Origin: a phage | Length of the DNA stretch: 64,000 nt | Sequence record: NC_135729.1 | Strand: one strand, 5' to 3' | In this document: positions 1 through 10,727 of the stretch, piece by piece | How the letters are laid out: every line of letters begins with the position of its first letter | How positions within the stretch are numbered: the stretch's first letter is position 1 | Program-made: the position numbers and the translations under genes | Notes under the pieces: model-generated | What the model saw: only the letters and a program-made list of their open reading frames with translations | Databases searched by the model: none | Told to the model about the DNA's origin: nothing

Positions 1-1
1 A

Positions 2-157
2 GATATCTGGATTGATGATTCTCCGGCATGTATTCCGGCTAAGAATCAATTAGAGTTTGCAATGAAGGAGATTAAGTATAAGTCTGAAGCAAAGCGTAAT
101 GGATGGCCTTTTATTATTGAAGATTACCCAGATCCTGAACCGGAGAAAGAGCCATGA
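2..157 (+). CDS. C-terminal fragment of a protein whose start lies outside the window
   Basis: Open frame from the window edge to TGA at 155-157; the stop overlaps the next ATG (ATGA), suggesting translational coupling. Confidence 0.3.
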   Translation, partial: DIWIDDSPACIPAKNQLEFAMKEIKYKSEAKRNGWPFIIEDYPDPEPEKEP

Positions 158-324
158 GGCTAAGATATCATTACCTGATGTGGAAGTTATATCATGGTGC
201 TGCTAAAGCTTACCGCACCGTGTTTGGTAATGACAATAACTGCATTATGTTACACCTTACCGCCATTGAACATCACAATGAGTGGATTCGTGCAATCGTA
301 ATAGGTGACAAAGATTTTAAGTAA
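154..324 (+). CDS. small hypothetical protein (56 aa)
   Basis: ATG at 154 overlapping the upstream stop; uninterrupted frame to TAA at 322-324; not in the supplied ORF track (below its size cut-off). Confidence 0.3.
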   Translation: MRLRYHYLMWKLYHGAAKAYRTVFGNDNNCIMLHLTAIEHHNEWIRAIVIGDKDFK

Positions 325-354
325 AGTATTGCTTTCTAGATGGAGACTGATTAA

Positions 355-735
355 ATGTGCAAGTGTAAATCCTATAATTGGAAAGTGAAAGGTGCCAAGC
401 ATCAAAATGTTATCGTTGATGTGCCTAAAAAGCTCCGTGACGGCAAAAAACGTGTGTGCCTTGATAAGTGCATGGCTAAGCCTATCATGAGTCTATGGGC
501 GGCAGGATTGAAAACGCTAAACTGCTGCTGTGGTCATAACAAAGATGTTCCAAGCATCATTATCCCAGAAGATGCAGATCCTAAAGCTTATGCCAAAATA
601 CTGACCCGCTATCCCAGCACCTTCCTGATCGGAAAATGGTGTCACGATGAACTTCAATGGTGGATAGCCTATGGTAGTATAGGCACTACTTTTGGCTTCC
701 CAGCTTTGTCAGAGCGCTATGTCAAAGTGTCATAA
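355..735 (+). CDS. Cys-rich hypothetical protein (126 aa)
   Basis: ORF with a GGAGA Shine-Dalgarno-like motif upstream; multiple Cys clusters (CKCK, CLDKC, CCCGH) suggest a metal-binding fold; no recognisable family. Confidence 0.5.
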   Translation: MCKCKSYNWKVKGAKHQNVIVDVPKKLRDGKKRVCLDKCMAKPIMSLWAAGLKTLNCCCGHNKDVPSIIIPEDADPKAYAKILTRYPSTFLIGKWCHDELQWWIAYGSIGTTFGFPALSERYVKVS

Positions 736-899
736 TAGAATTTAAGGCCTCAAACGAGGCCTGTGCCTTCATAAATTGCCCTACCCTGTGTGATTACCCT
801 CCTGAACAAAATACCTCCCCAGAATCGCTTAAAATTAAACTTGACACCAACACCAGATCTATGTATGATTATCTCACCAACCGAACAGAGGAGATCGTC

Positions 900-1307
900 A
901 TGGATAATCTTGCGGATGTAAATGTCGAAATTGTTAAACTAAAGTTCTTAGGCTTTCGAGACCCTTATTCTTTAACAGCTATACTAATGGACACTCACTT
1001 CACACCAGGTAAAGAGTACACTGCCTTCCGTTATATTTGCGGAGATCACGAATCAGCTTATAGTGTGAATACAAACCTCGGTGAGGGATATTTCATCAGA
1101 GATATCACAGATCACTTGTGGGGTATGTGGGAGTTGGTGGAGGAAGAGAATAAATCCCTTCCTAAAGAGATTTGGGTGCACACCTTCCACACAGGTAAGT
1201 TTGGAGGTACGGAACATAAATCTATCCACTATGATGAAGAAAGTGCCATTAAACAACAAGCTGTGCTTGGTGGATCTGTAGAAAAATTTGTTAAATGCGA
1301 GGACTGA
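900..1307 (+). CDS. hypothetical protein
   Basis: ORF 861..1307 in the track; the internal ATG at 900 is preceded by GAGGAG with 6-nt spacing, so the start was moved there. Confidence 0.45.
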   Translation: MDNLADVNVEIVKLKFLGFRDPYSLTAILMDTHFTPGKEYTAFRYICGDHESAYSVNTNLGEGYFIRDITDHLWGMWELVEEENKSLPKEIWVHTFHTGKFGGTEHKSIHYDEESAIKQQAVLGGSVEKFVKCED

Positions 1308-1310
1308 GAA

Positions 1311-1511
1311 ATGGCTGATTTTTGCAAAGATTGTTCTGAAGAGTTGTTTGGTCGTGACTGCGGAGATCTGAAAGGACTGATCACAGAGGACCAGTGGAAG
1401 GAAGGTTATGCGGCCCCTGTTATCTGTGAAGGCTGTGGTTACACCTATGTCGATCATGAAGGTAAGCGTGTCCAGCCGTCTGAAGATGGGTCGTGTTGGG
1501 AATATTACTAA
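1311..1511 (+). CDS. small zinc-ribbon-like protein (66 aa)
   Basis: Two CxxC pairs (CKDC, CEGC) typical of a zinc ribbon; GAGG upstream of the ATG. Confidence 0.5.
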   Translation: MADFCKDCSEELFGRDCGDLKGLITEDQWKEGYAAPVICEGCGYTYVDHEGKRVQPSEDGSCWEYY

Positions 1512-1520
1512 TTATAAAAA

Positions 1521-1548
1521 GAAAGGGGCCGTCTGGCCCCTTTTTATT
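1521..1548. terminator. bidirectional intrinsic terminator between convergent genes
   Basis: Perfect hairpin GGGGCC-gtct-GGCCCC flanked by an A-run on one side and a T-run on the other; sits between the plus gene ending at 1511 and the minus gene ending at 1558. Confidence 0.65.
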
Positions 1549-1557
1549 TGCCTCCTG

Positions 1558-4500
1558 TTAACTAGGGAAGTTTGTATAAGCTTCGAGATGGTATTGCTGG
1601 TTACCAGGTAGCATAACACCTATGCTTGCAACACCTAATGTTCTACCACCAGGGTTCCACTGAAACTTAAATCCAATCCAACCCGAGCTTCTGGCTGCAT
1701 CAATGTTGTCACTGTACCCAAAAGTGGCTAGACCATCAACACCTGCTCCGAAAAGCAGTTGTATCTGGTTCCTTGGTAGGCCAATAATTTCAGGTATGTA
1801 AGCACCAAAAAATGTAGGGTTGGTGGTTGTGGTCGGATTGTTCATGACCGGACCGGTAAAGACCCTCATATTGGACGTTCCTGCAGGTCTAGGGTAAGCC
1901 CCGTCAAGAGGATTTCCTTCCCAAATAAACCACTGAGGTGCCATCTGTCTGACAGTAAACGATGTTGAAGACGTTTTGCGGCCTGCATCATCTCTAACTA
2001 CAAACTTTATGGTGACATTCCCAGTAGCTTTAAATGTTACCAGCCCCGTGGTGGCATCCACTGTTGCAATGTTGGTATTACTACTTTCCCAAGTCTTTCT
2101 AATCCCTGATACGTTGGAAGGGGTGATAGAAGGTTCCTGCATCTGCAGTTTACCGCCCACAATCCCTATGCCGTTGCCCGGATTATACAGCACACCGACC
2201 TCGTCTATAATGTTCCCTGCTTTGAGACTATACTTCCTTGAGAAGTTGTAAGTTCCGTTATAAGTGTGTGTCCCTGAGAATGTGACATCTGCCTTCCCGT
2301 AAGAGATGCAAACCAAAGCATACTTCCTGTCAGGCAACGTTTCTCCAGTCTCTGGGTGAGTTTTACCCACCTGGAACACGCTCGGGTCGGTAGAGTCGTG
2401 ACTATCGCTAATGGAGCTTGTACCGCCCATCAACTGTGACAAACAATTCCTTACCCATGTCCAGTTATTATCACTGGAGAAGTCCACAGTCAAATCAAAC
2501 ACAACCCACTCATTCGGCTTCCACACAGGTGTTGCAATGGACTTGCCTACACCGCCTCCTTGGAGTGTTGCCGACTGTTCGGTGATCAGTGCCGCATAGG
2601 CCAGAGTTCCTAAACTCAGAGTCTGGCTTGCTGTCCTCACTACCTTAGAATCAGCATCTGTGAAGTTGTTGATGATTTGGAATGTGCCATAAGTGTTTTT
2701 ACAGGTAATTCTGGCGTTCAGTGTGTCAATCTTCCTCACATCTGCCATAGCAGTGTTAGACACAGAGAAGTCAGAAGCTTTAGCTGAGTTTGCCGCAACA
2801 GCAGGATCAACGTTAAGAGTTGCGTTGAACTGACAGGCAGGGGTAACCAGCAGCTTGTTATCACCTATTTGCCTCCATGAAACACTTTGAACAGGAAGAT
2901 TCCATTTAATACCTGAGAAAACCTTAGCAACCCTTGGCCCCAAAGCTCCAGTCCTGTTGTCTTTACAGCACATAGACATGGTGATCGTTGACGGAGTGGC
3001 CTGACCAAATAATTGCTGTGCTTTTGCAGAGGACATAGTGTAGAAATTGTCCTTAACAAACTCATCAGCAGCTAAAGATCCATCAGGTCTCCACCACTGA
3101 ACCTGATACCCTGTTTTATCCCAACCACCGACCTGCTTCAAGTCCTCCCAAGAGATTTCCAGATCCCCCGTGGTCGGGTTGATTGCAGCAGTTCCTGGTG
3201 TACCGGATGACCACAATGGGATATCAAACCACGCAGGTTTAACAGATTGCACTGCATTAGGACCTATTGCAGCAGCAAGTTGTTGACCCATCAGCACGCG
3301 AGCATCTTTCACCAGACCCCATTCTATCATAGACCCAGAGTAACCTTCTTTCTTGTAGGCCGAAGATCCGTTCAAATGGATAAGTCTGCTGCAGTCGAAA
3401 CCATACGCCCCGCCACCGTTAGGATCTGCAAAGTTAGTTATGATTCTATCCCTTATATTTTTCCATGCCCTGCCTCCAATCTCATAGTCATGGTCATAAC
3501 ATCTCTGCAGCGTTGTCCAGCAAATGATTGCCATTCTTCTGCCACCAGTAAACCCGAAAGCGCCGTCATTCAACTCTTTCCACAGATAGCAGTTAGTTGC
3601 CCACATAGCTCTGTGGATATTGAACCAGTTTATAGACTTAGCAGAATTGTCCCACTGAGTTCCCGGTAATTCAGGCCACACCGCATTCACCAGCATATCC
3701 TCTGTGCCAGCATCGACCAGGAAGCCTCTTACCTTCCTACCCATCCCTTCTCTGTCTTTAGCAATCCAATTGCCAAACAGCCTCAGTTTTGGACCATAAA
3801 CAACATCTTCAGGGTGCTCAAAAGAAACATACTTCAAGTATACCGTAGGATCACCGTAGGTGCCATCACAAACACTTTTATGCATGTTCTCACCCAGGTC
3901 TAGACGAAGTCCTGTCACCACTTTAGATGTGTCGGTGAATTTGTCTGTTAAGTCAAATTCATACCACCACCACCCGCCACCTAGCATAAATTTCTTGCAT
4001 CGCACAGCGTCTGTGTCAGATATTCTCTTATCCCCTGCAAAAGGTGAATCAGCAAACTGATAGTGCAGAGCAGTCTCAAATAGGTGGGTGGAAGTTCCGT
4101 TCTCTGCAAGAACTTGCTTACCTATCAGATCGCACTTAATGATCATCACAACACGCTTGTATCCGTTTGTTACCGGAACTTGCATAGATATGGATGTTCC
4201 ATCCATGTTCGATCTTAGATCACTCATGATGATATAGGGGTCGACAGCGTTACCTAAAGTTTCAGGCCCTGGAATTATCTTGTATTTCTTGACCTGGCCC
4301 ATAAATCTGTCACTGGCGTAAGTTGCAGCCTCAAAACAAGAGCCACCACCAGGTAATTCTCCAGGTCCCCAGAAAAATGCCCCATAGCAGTTATAGAACC
4401 ACTTATTAGGGTCGTATTTGTTCTTGAAGGTCTGGACCTCGTTGGCCTGTTTTGTCAAGAAAACCTGCGTATCTGTAAAGATTGCAGGATTTACCCTTGC

Positions 4501-7185
4501 CTGACGCGGAGGGTAACCTGTAGTTTGGTTAAACCACAAATTACAAGAGTAATCCCTCATATAGTCATAATCAGAGTATTTGTTTACATCTTCGTTCCAA
4601 CACATGTTTAGGTTGGTACCGCCCATGCATACAATATATTCTGCGACATACTTATCACTTCTGGCAGGAATACCTATGAACCATCTGTTAACAGGCTCAT
4701 CCCAAGCTGTGCGCTCATCTTTAACGCAGATAGCAATCCAATCATGTGTTCCTGTTTTCTTGCACACATCTCGCTTCATACCATAGTAGAACTCTTTAGT
4801 ATTTGGCTCAGGTGCATTTATCAGGTAACTCCATGCCTGATTTGCATAAGTCCCATTGGTGCGCGGATCATGATCAAAGGCATACATGATGATCCTTTCC
4901 CCACCAAGATGTTCGCCAAGAGTAACTTTGACATTCACATCGCCGTAACCGTTGCGAACAACATCCATATTGTCAATAGAGATGCCTCTAGGAGTGTAGG
5001 CAATTTTCAGTGAGTTATCCTCACTAGTGCCACCAAGAGTGATCCCTATGTTGTTTGTTGTCCCGTCGGCATATCTTACTGTAGCTTCCCAGCGTATTCC
5101 GAAATATCCTACATCATGGCTGACAATTTTCAGTGTACGAGCGCCAGGGTGAGGTTTTCCAGGATCAGGCCAAGGATCTGGATGTTCGTGGACAGTCAAC
5201 GACGTTCCGTTTTGCTCGTTAACCTGCAACATTTTACCACCTCTGCCGTTAGGGTTGAACTCCCATACGGCCTGTGTCTGCACCAAGTTGTTGTAGGTAT
5301 TTCGTCTCTGATCATAAATCTCTTGGGTAACATCATAAGTGACTGATCCAGCATCCATTCTGTGGAGTCGGACCATATACGATGTATCCCCTTCTACTGC
5401 AGGCTGAGTCCCATTCAGTCCGAAGTATACAGTATCGTTAACATGGAACTGTTTGTTTCTACCGACAGTATGCCACTTGCCGTTGGACGGATACGCAGGA
5501 ACTATAGTGTTCCAGTTCAAAGTCCTTGTCGTATAGGTTCTTCCAGTGCCATGCTTGTCATGGTAGGTGATCTTGATAGAATACAAACCACGTCTGTTGA
5601 TGTTACGGTTATACTGGGTGACCACAACTTCGTTAGCACCACCATGGTTCCAGTTAGTGGAGAACTGATAGTTTGCATCTGTAACAACAGTGCCTGCAGC
5701 ATTTACCAACTCAATCTTGTCAATAATGAACGTAGCACCCTCCGGCTGAGGTTTCAATTTCATCTTGACAGTATCTCCGATGTAAATGTTGCTAACATTG
5801 CTCACACCATTGACATCAAAGATGTCTTCGATACCCCAGCTATCTACCGGGACATTTTTATACCAATTCTCCGGAATCTCTGTGAACCCTTGGCTGTTAA
5901 GTCTGCCGCCAAAGAGGTTATTAGATCCTGAAAAACTTCCCCTTGGGATGCCTGACCACCAAAGTTTACCATTAACAACAGTAAAGGTCCCTAAGAAACC
6001 TTCTCTATGGATGCCTTGGAAATAAACACTCTCTGTCCAGCTAACTGGCAGGCGTTGCTCAACATATTTAGCTGTAGCAAGAGCTTGATAGTGGATAAAA
6101 TCGGACCTAGGACTATTGTTTGCAGATTGTGCACCAATATCATTACACAAGTTGCGAGAGAATCCACGATACTGCTTGGTGCCATTATTGAAGAAAATGC
6201 CACTTGTGCCGTACCCACGAGCCATTATTACCTCATGGGTGTAGGTGATATTCAGTTCCCGCCATGTATCATCTCCCCAAATGTTTTGACCATAAAATAC
6301 GTTAACAAGCTGCTGGTCATCGGGTCTATGCATCCTCTGTGTGGCAATTATTGCCCCGTTAGGACCGCACATAAACCCTTTCCACTCCTCATCTGCAGGA
6401 ATGCCCCTCAAATCGTTACGAGTAATCTGCACAGGAGGCCAAACAAGGTCGTTTCTACTGTTATTTCTCAGAAAGTCGTATCCAGCAATCCAGAAACCTC
6501 TAGGACCACCGAAAATAACAGAGTTGTCATGCACCTCGCAGTTGATGCTTGGGTTTTTCCAAGGACCTGTTTCAGGATTTTCCGATGTCTCACCAATCTT
6601 TACAGGGGTTGCATGCTGATTTTTGTCAACATGAAGAGAGCCGTAAGTATTATTGCCAGAGCCGTACAGGTGAAGCATACCATCAGCCTCTGGTGCAGCA
6701 ATTACCCACACTGTATTGTTTACGCCACCCATTACTTCAACAAGTCTCTCAGGATGGGTGTCCAAATGCAACCCTGTTACGATCTGTTCCGGCAAAGGTG
6801 TCCACTCTCTGACACAAACATCGTTTCCACCTGCTGCCTCCGATCCGATAAGACCAGCTGTGCAACCAATATAGAAAAATTTATTATCGAATGTGCGGAT
6901 TACAAATGCACGGTCAGCTCTCCAAACATGGTCTACGTTCCAAGCTGCCTCATTAGGATAGTTTATTGTATCAAGATCTCCAGTCCGACACTCTCCGAAC
7001 CTATTATAGCCAGTAATATTAAGCTGACCATCATCAAAAAGTATAGCTAAGCTATTTACATAGGATACTGTGTTGCTTGTACCATCACTGTTGTCTATTG
7101 GGTATGACAGAACAGCAAGTTCCTTAATTCCACCCCTCTTATCGAGGAAATGACGACCAAGTTTTAGCAAAGGGATTGGAAGCAT
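1558..7185 (-). CDS. very large tail fiber / tailspike protein (1875 aa)
   Basis: Longest ORF in the window, last gene of the late operon; Gly/Asn/Thr/Ser-rich beta-type composition; Big_2-like Ig segment (ATGNVTIKFVVRDDAGRKTSSTSFTV). Confidence 0.75.
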   Translation of the reverse strand: MLPIPLLKLGRHFLDKRGGIKELAVLSYPIDNSDGTSNTVSYVNSLAILFDDGQLNITGYNRFGECRTGDLDTINYPNEAAWNVDHVWRADRAFVIRTFDNKFFYIGCTAGLIGSEAAGGNDVCVREWTPLPEQIVTGLHLDTHPERLVEVMGGVNNTVWVIAAPEADGMLHLYGSGNNTYGSLHVDKNQHATPVKIGETSENPETGPWKNPSINCEVHDNSVIFGGPRGFWIAGYDFLRNNSRNDLVWPPVQITRNDLRGIPADEEWKGFMCGPNGAIIATQRMHRPDDQQLVNVFYGQNIWGDDTWRELNITYTHEVIMARGYGTSGIFFNNGTKQYRGFSRNLCNDIGAQSANNSPRSDFIHYQALATAKYVEQRLPVSWTESVYFQGIHREGFLGTFTVVNGKLWWSGIPRGSFSGSNNLFGGRLNSQGFTEIPENWYKNVPVDSWGIEDIFDVNGVSNVSNIYIGDTVKMKLKPQPEGATFIIDKIELVNAAGTVVTDANYQFSTNWNHGGANEVVVTQYNRNINRRGLYSIKITYHDKHGTGRTYTTRTLNWNTIVPAYPSNGKWHTVGRNKQFHVNDTVYFGLNGTQPAVEGDTSYMVRLHRMDAGSVTYDVTQEIYDQRRNTYNNLVQTQAVWEFNPNGRGGKMLQVNEQNGTSLTVHEHPDPWPDPGKPHPGARTLKIVSHDVGYFGIRWEATVRYADGTTNNIGITLGGTSEDNSLKIAYTPRGISIDNMDVVRNGYGDVNVKVTLGEHLGGERIIMYAFDHDPRTNGTYANQAWSYLINAPEPNTKEFYYGMKRDVCKKTGTHDWIAICVKDERTAWDEPVNRWFIGIPARSDKYVAEYIVCMGGTNLNMCWNEDVNKYSDYDYMRDYSCNLWFNQTTGYPPRQARVNPAIFTDTQVFLTKQANEVQTFKNKYDPNKWFYNCYGAFFWGPGELPGGGSCFEAATYASDRFMGQVKKYKIIPGPETLGNAVDPYIIMSDLRSNMDGTSISMQVPVTNGYKRVVMIIKCDLIGKQVLAENGTSTHLFETALHYQFADSPFAGDKRISDTDAVRCKKFMLGGGWWWYEFDLTDKFTDTSKVVTGLRLDLGENMHKSVCDGTYGDPTVYLKYVSFEHPEDVVYGPKLRLFGNWIAKDREGMGRKVRGFLVDAGTEDMLVNAVWPELPGTQWDNSAKSINWFNIHRAMWATNCYLWKELNDGAFGFTGGRRMAIICWTTLQRCYDHDYEIGGRAWKNIRDRIITNFADPNGGGAYGFDCSRLIHLNGSSAYKKEGYSGSMIEWGLVKDARVLMGQQLAAAIGPNAVQSVKPAWFDIPLWSSGTPGTAAINPTTGDLEISWEDLKQVGGWDKTGYQVQWWRPDGSLAADEFVKDNFYTMSSAKAQQLFGQATPSTITMSMCCKDNRTGALGPRVAKVFSGIKWNLPVQSVSWRQIGDNKLLVTPACQFNATLNVDPAVAANSAKASDFSVSNTAMADVRKIDTLNARITCKNTYGTFQIINNFTDADSKVVRTASQTLSLGTLAYAALITEQSATLQGGGVGKSIATPVWKPNEWVVFDLTVDFSSDNNWTWVRNCLSQLMGGTSSISDSHDSTDPSVFQVGKTHPETGETLPDRKYALVCISYGKADVTFSGTHTYNGTYNFSRKYSLKAGNIIDEVGVLYNPGNGIGIVGGKLQMQEPSITPSNVSGIRKTWESSNTNIATVDATTGLVTFKATGNVTIKFVVRDDAGRKTSSTSFTVRQMAPQWFIWEGNPLDGAYPRPAGTSNMRVFTGPVMNNPTTTTNPTFFGAYIPEIIGLPRNQIQLLFGAGVDGLATFGYSDNIDAARSSGWIGFKFQWNPGGRTLGVASIGVMLPGNQQYHLEAYTNFPS

Positions 7186-7235
7186 TGTGTTCTCCAGATA
7201 AGAAAACCGCCCCGTCAGGAGCGGTTAGATATATA

Positions 7236-8981
7236 TTAACGTTGTGCAATTACTACGTCTACGATATCACCAACACCACAATATGTTAATTGCAGCAAGG
7301 TAACACTATTAGCCTTGTTATTAATAACAGGCGTTGCCGACAGGATAGCATACTTATCGTGCAAAGTCACGTTGTGACCTACAGCATCCTGAATGACATA
7401 GATAACCGCAGTGAATGGATAAGGTTTATCTTCCGCTGATGTACCAGGCCATTGTCCTATTGTAAAATCCCCTTTCGCGTGGACAACATACATACTGGCC
7501 TGCCCGTTAGGTGTCCATGTCCCACTGGACGCGTCAACCTCCTCTAAATCAAAATCTACCTTTCCTGCGTGGAAAGTAGGGGCAGTAATGGTTTTACCCG
7601 CCTCAATTTCTTGAGAGGTGGTTATCTTGCCACTGGAGTTAATGCCATTACAAACAAAGTTGACATTAGAGAAGTCTGGCAGCCACCCAGTCACTGTGCC
7701 GGATATTTCAAGGTTGTGAAGGTAGGTGGTGCCCGTCCCTGCTGCGTTTAAACTAACATCTCCATTTACCTGCAAGTTTCTGGTAACGTTGCAGTTTTCA
7801 GAGTTTGCAGTTGTTGCAGTTAAAGTAGTGGTTGTCAGCTCGGTAATTACACCTTTGTTGGCTGTAAGCCCTTCCCCTTCAAAAGTTGCACGCTCATTGA
7901 CTCTTAGGGTATTCAGAGCTATGTTTTGGATAGAGGCTGTACCTCGAATAACTACAGATCCGCCAACTTCTAAATCACCATTTATTAATGCGTCCCCCGT
8001 GCTTTCAATATAGCTAGGGTAAATCATGGTGCCATCGACAGAGTAGGTTATCCCTGTAACAGTGCCTGTCACCTCAAGGTTCTTAACCCTGGTGGTTCCA
8101 TCTACCTGCAATGTCGGTTCTGTTGCTGCCTTCATGGCATTACCACGAATGTACACGTAGTCAAAAAAGTTATTACCTAGACCATCAAAATGCACATCGT
8201 TATTATTAGCCACTGGTTTCCCAGAAGTTATAGTGTCAGCTATAACCCTGTGGGTGGACACTTCATGAGGTTGCAGCTCTGTGCTTCTCCAGTCTGCATG
8301 CTTAGGATCACTCCACGCAAAAGTAAGTGTAGAAGTATTTGCCGTGAGGATTAGGTTCCTGAAGCGTGCAGTAGAATCTGCTCCATTAACAGGCCCATGT
8401 AAGGTGAGTGTGCCACCAACTATAGTGTTAGCAAGTTCTGTAAGACCTTTTACCACCAAAGACCCTACAGTAACTTTCATTCCCTCCATGGCTTCAAATA
8501 TGCTATCCACATAGTCAACAACAAACTCTGTGTTTGCTATAGACTCGGATTTGTCGTCCATTGGAGGCGTAGGTACTCGCGGGTCACCTTCGAACCTCGG
8601 ACTGTTAAGTTTTGCGTAGTATTTTGCCATTACTGCAGAATCGGTATATAATCTCCAGTTTGGAGATTGTGAAGGATCTGCTGGCATTCTAACCGGGTTA
8701 GATTTTGATGCTGCGGGAGCGTACCACCACTGAGGGCCTGTGTCCCCTTTAAACTCGTACAGCTGGTTAAAAACTGTTGTGGATGCACCATACGCCCAAG
8801 GGATTGGTGGCGTTTTAAAATAAAGGGTGTCAAGCATGGCTTTTCGTACCGTAGGGATGGTGGTCCCATCCTCTACGACAACTTCATCCACAGCGTTACC
8901 GTTGACAATCAGGTGCAAACGTTCAGAATCAACAATTACTTGATCTACCGCCTGCTCAAAGCTTGTCATGTCTTGCGCCAT
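7236..8981 (-). CDS. tail fiber protein (581 aa)
   Basis: Thr/Gly/Asn/Val-rich repetitive beta-strand composition typical of fibers; inside the fiber gene block. Confidence 0.6.
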   Translation of the reverse strand: MAQDMTSFEQAVDQVIVDSERLHLIVNGNAVDEVVVEDGTTIPTVRKAMLDTLYFKTPPIPWAYGASTTVFNQLYEFKGDTGPQWWYAPAASKSNPVRMPADPSQSPNWRLYTDSAVMAKYYAKLNSPRFEGDPRVPTPPMDDKSESIANTEFVVDYVDSIFEAMEGMKVTVGSLVVKGLTELANTIVGGTLTLHGPVNGADSTARFRNLILTANTSTLTFAWSDPKHADWRSTELQPHEVSTHRVIADTITSGKPVANNNDVHFDGLGNNFFDYVYIRGNAMKAATEPTLQVDGTTRVKNLEVTGTVTGITYSVDGTMIYPSYIESTGDALINGDLEVGGSVVIRGTASIQNIALNTLRVNERATFEGEGLTANKGVITELTTTTLTATTANSENCNVTRNLQVNGDVSLNAAGTGTTYLHNLEISGTVTGWLPDFSNVNFVCNGINSSGKITTSQEIEAGKTITAPTFHAGKVDFDLEEVDASSGTWTPNGQASMYVVHAKGDFTIGQWPGTSAEDKPYPFTAVIYVIQDAVGHNVTLHDKYAILSATPVINNKANSVTLLQLTYCGVGDIVDVVIAQR

Positions 8982-8990
8982 GATTTCTCC

Positions 8991-9257
8991 TTAAGCTTTT
9001 TGCTCTTCGTTTTTAACGTGGTCAGGGTGCTGGCAACCCCACCGGAGCGAGATGAATTTGCTAATAAGCTGGGGGCAAGCTACTGAAGGCGCGTATATCC
9101 ACGCATACCATTCAGGAAGCGTATCATTATACCCCATATGAATAAACACCCCAGTCATCACCGCCATGCCTATGTTCGACCATAGCTTAGATTGGGACAC
9201 TTTCGTAGGGTCATCAGATGCCGCAACCAGTCCCCATAAAAACTGAGTTAGTTTCAT
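8991..9257 (-). CDS. small membrane protein with two hydrophobic segments (possible holin, speculative)
   Basis: 88 aa with two hydrophobic stretches (WSNIGMAVMTGVFIHMGY, WYAWIYAPSVA) and a charged C-terminus; sits between fiber genes. Confidence 0.3.
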   Translation of the reverse strand: MKLTQFLWGLVAASDDPTKVSQSKLWSNIGMAVMTGVFIHMGYNDTLPEWYAWIYAPSVACPQLISKFISLRWGCQHPDHVKNEEQKA

Positions 9258-9268
9258 TTACCCTCTTT

Positions 9269-10315
9269 TTAAGCATAAGATATAGTGATCCATTGACCAT
9301 TTACAAGTTTTTGGATAGCACCTGTCCAGTAATCACCTTGATAAGGGTGTTTATAAGCGTAGTTACCAGAGCACATCACATGTCCAGGGTAGACTCTTGA
9401 CTCTCTATAGGTGGTTTTGAAACGGTTTGCTATCCTTACATCATCAACCCCTCTGCTGGGCATAGGGATAGTAAGGTTACCACTAACGTCTGCGCTGTTA
9501 CCATTTACCCTGCGGACAACGTTTCTTCCACCAACTGTTGCATATTGTCCCCTGACGGTTTCATCGTTACAATCAACTCTTCCACCTATTTGGGCGCTTC
9601 CACAGGATTGTTGTCCATTAACAGTGGCTCTTGGTATCGTGACCGCATTGGCATTTGCAGAGGAACTTTTTGCATCGTTGCATTCAAGATTTCCTTGGAT
9701 AGCCAGTCTTGCACGGTTGGCAGTTATAGCATTGAGCTTCATAGCCGAAAACACAGGATGCCCACCAGAAGGTTGAAATCTCCAACGGAACCCGTCTATT
9801 TGGTGAGAAGGATCATCAAGGTCTGTGCCGTCAGCACCACCGATGTTGTCCATAATCCAGAAGTCCATCGTCGTCTTGTCTGGAGTTATGGTGGTATATA
9901 TTGCCGCATTGTCTGTTGACGCAGATGCAAACTCGATTCTTTGAAGGCCTAAAGTTTGAGTCTGAGTCATTATGTCTCCAGACTTGTCAACATACAGATC
10001 GTCCATTTCTTCAGGCGAGTATACATTGAGAACTTGACGTGCAGCAGCTTTGTCTGGAACGTCTGCTAGATTATTAGTGACCCTTAAGAATCTATTATCC
10101 CATCCTGGGACAACATCTTCTGTTAAATGCTTTAACCACGCAGAAAGCATGTGAAGTTCAAAGTTAACAACTTCACATGCCACTCTTTGTGTCATATCCC
10201 AACCTTTCAATCTCTCTTCTTTTTTTGGTTGAGACTTATTCAACTCTCCCGTATTTTCAAGCACAACATCCTGATTGGCCCAAATATCAAGAGGGATAAC
10301 TGGTTTAGTCATCAC
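9269..10315 (-). CDS. tail fiber protein, paralog A (348 aa)
   Basis: Shares an N-terminal region and a near-identical C-terminal peptide (LQKLVNGQWITISYA versus LQKLVNGQWITVNYA) with the ORF at 11327..12367. Confidence 0.65.
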   Translation of the reverse strand: MMTKPVIPLDIWANQDVVLENTGELNKSQPKKEERLKGWDMTQRVACEVVNFELHMLSAWLKHLTEDVVPGWDNRFLRVTNNLADVPDKAAARQVLNVYSPEEMDDLYVDKSGDIMTQTQTLGLQRIEFASASTDNAAIYTTITPDKTTMDFWIMDNIGGADGTDLDDPSHQIDGFRWRFQPSGGHPVFSAMKLNAITANRARLAIQGNLECNDAKSSSANANAVTIPRATVNGQQSCGSAQIGGRVDCNDETVRGQYATVGGRNVVRRVNGNSADVSGNLTIPMPSRGVDDVRIANRFKTTYRESRVYPGHVMCSGNYAYKHPYQGDYWTGAIQKLVNGQWITISYA

Positions 10316-10401
10316 GTTCTCCTGAGAAAATTCCTTAGGACTATTTTAACACTTTAGGGAACAAAATGCAAGAACGGAGTCCTTTCCGTTCTGACCTTTG
10401 T

Positions 10402-10716
10402 TTACCTTTTACTATGCTCTACGAGCATGTGCAAAATCTTTTGTACATCGGCTCTGATGCCGGAGACATCTGTCCTGACATCCTGCTTAAGGTCGTTAAT
10501 ATCGGCCTCTAGCTTGCTTAACCGGGTCTCTATAACGGAATCAAGTTTATCTTTTGTAACCATACTGTTTTTCACTAAGATGAGGTCTTTCTCCAGCTCA
10601 TCCAACCTCTTGGAAATGCCTTTCCATTTGGTGTGCCACTGGTTGAAAGCCCATACACAGATCGGGACAACGGTACCCATGCAGATACCGTACAATGCCG
10701 CCAAATCCAACTCCAC
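10402..10716 (-). CDS. membrane-anchored coiled-coil protein (104 aa)
   Basis: N-terminal hydrophobic helix (LAALYGICMGTVVPICVWAF) followed by a heptad-like charged coiled coil; function unknown. Confidence 0.4.
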   Translation of the reverse strand: MELDLAALYGICMGTVVPICVWAFNQWHTKWKGISKRLDELEKDLILVKNSMVTKDKLDSVIETRLSKLEADINDLKQDVRTDVSGIRADVQKILHMLVEHSKR

Positions 10717-10727
10717 AACACCTCCTC

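Noticed and set aside
6007-7050. 347-aa plus-strand ORF inside the 1875-aa fiber gene
   Set aside because: Antisense to a much longer, compositionally coherent minus-strand gene; Cys/Ser/Ile-rich low-complexity translation and no ribosome-binding site. Treated as a shadow ORF.
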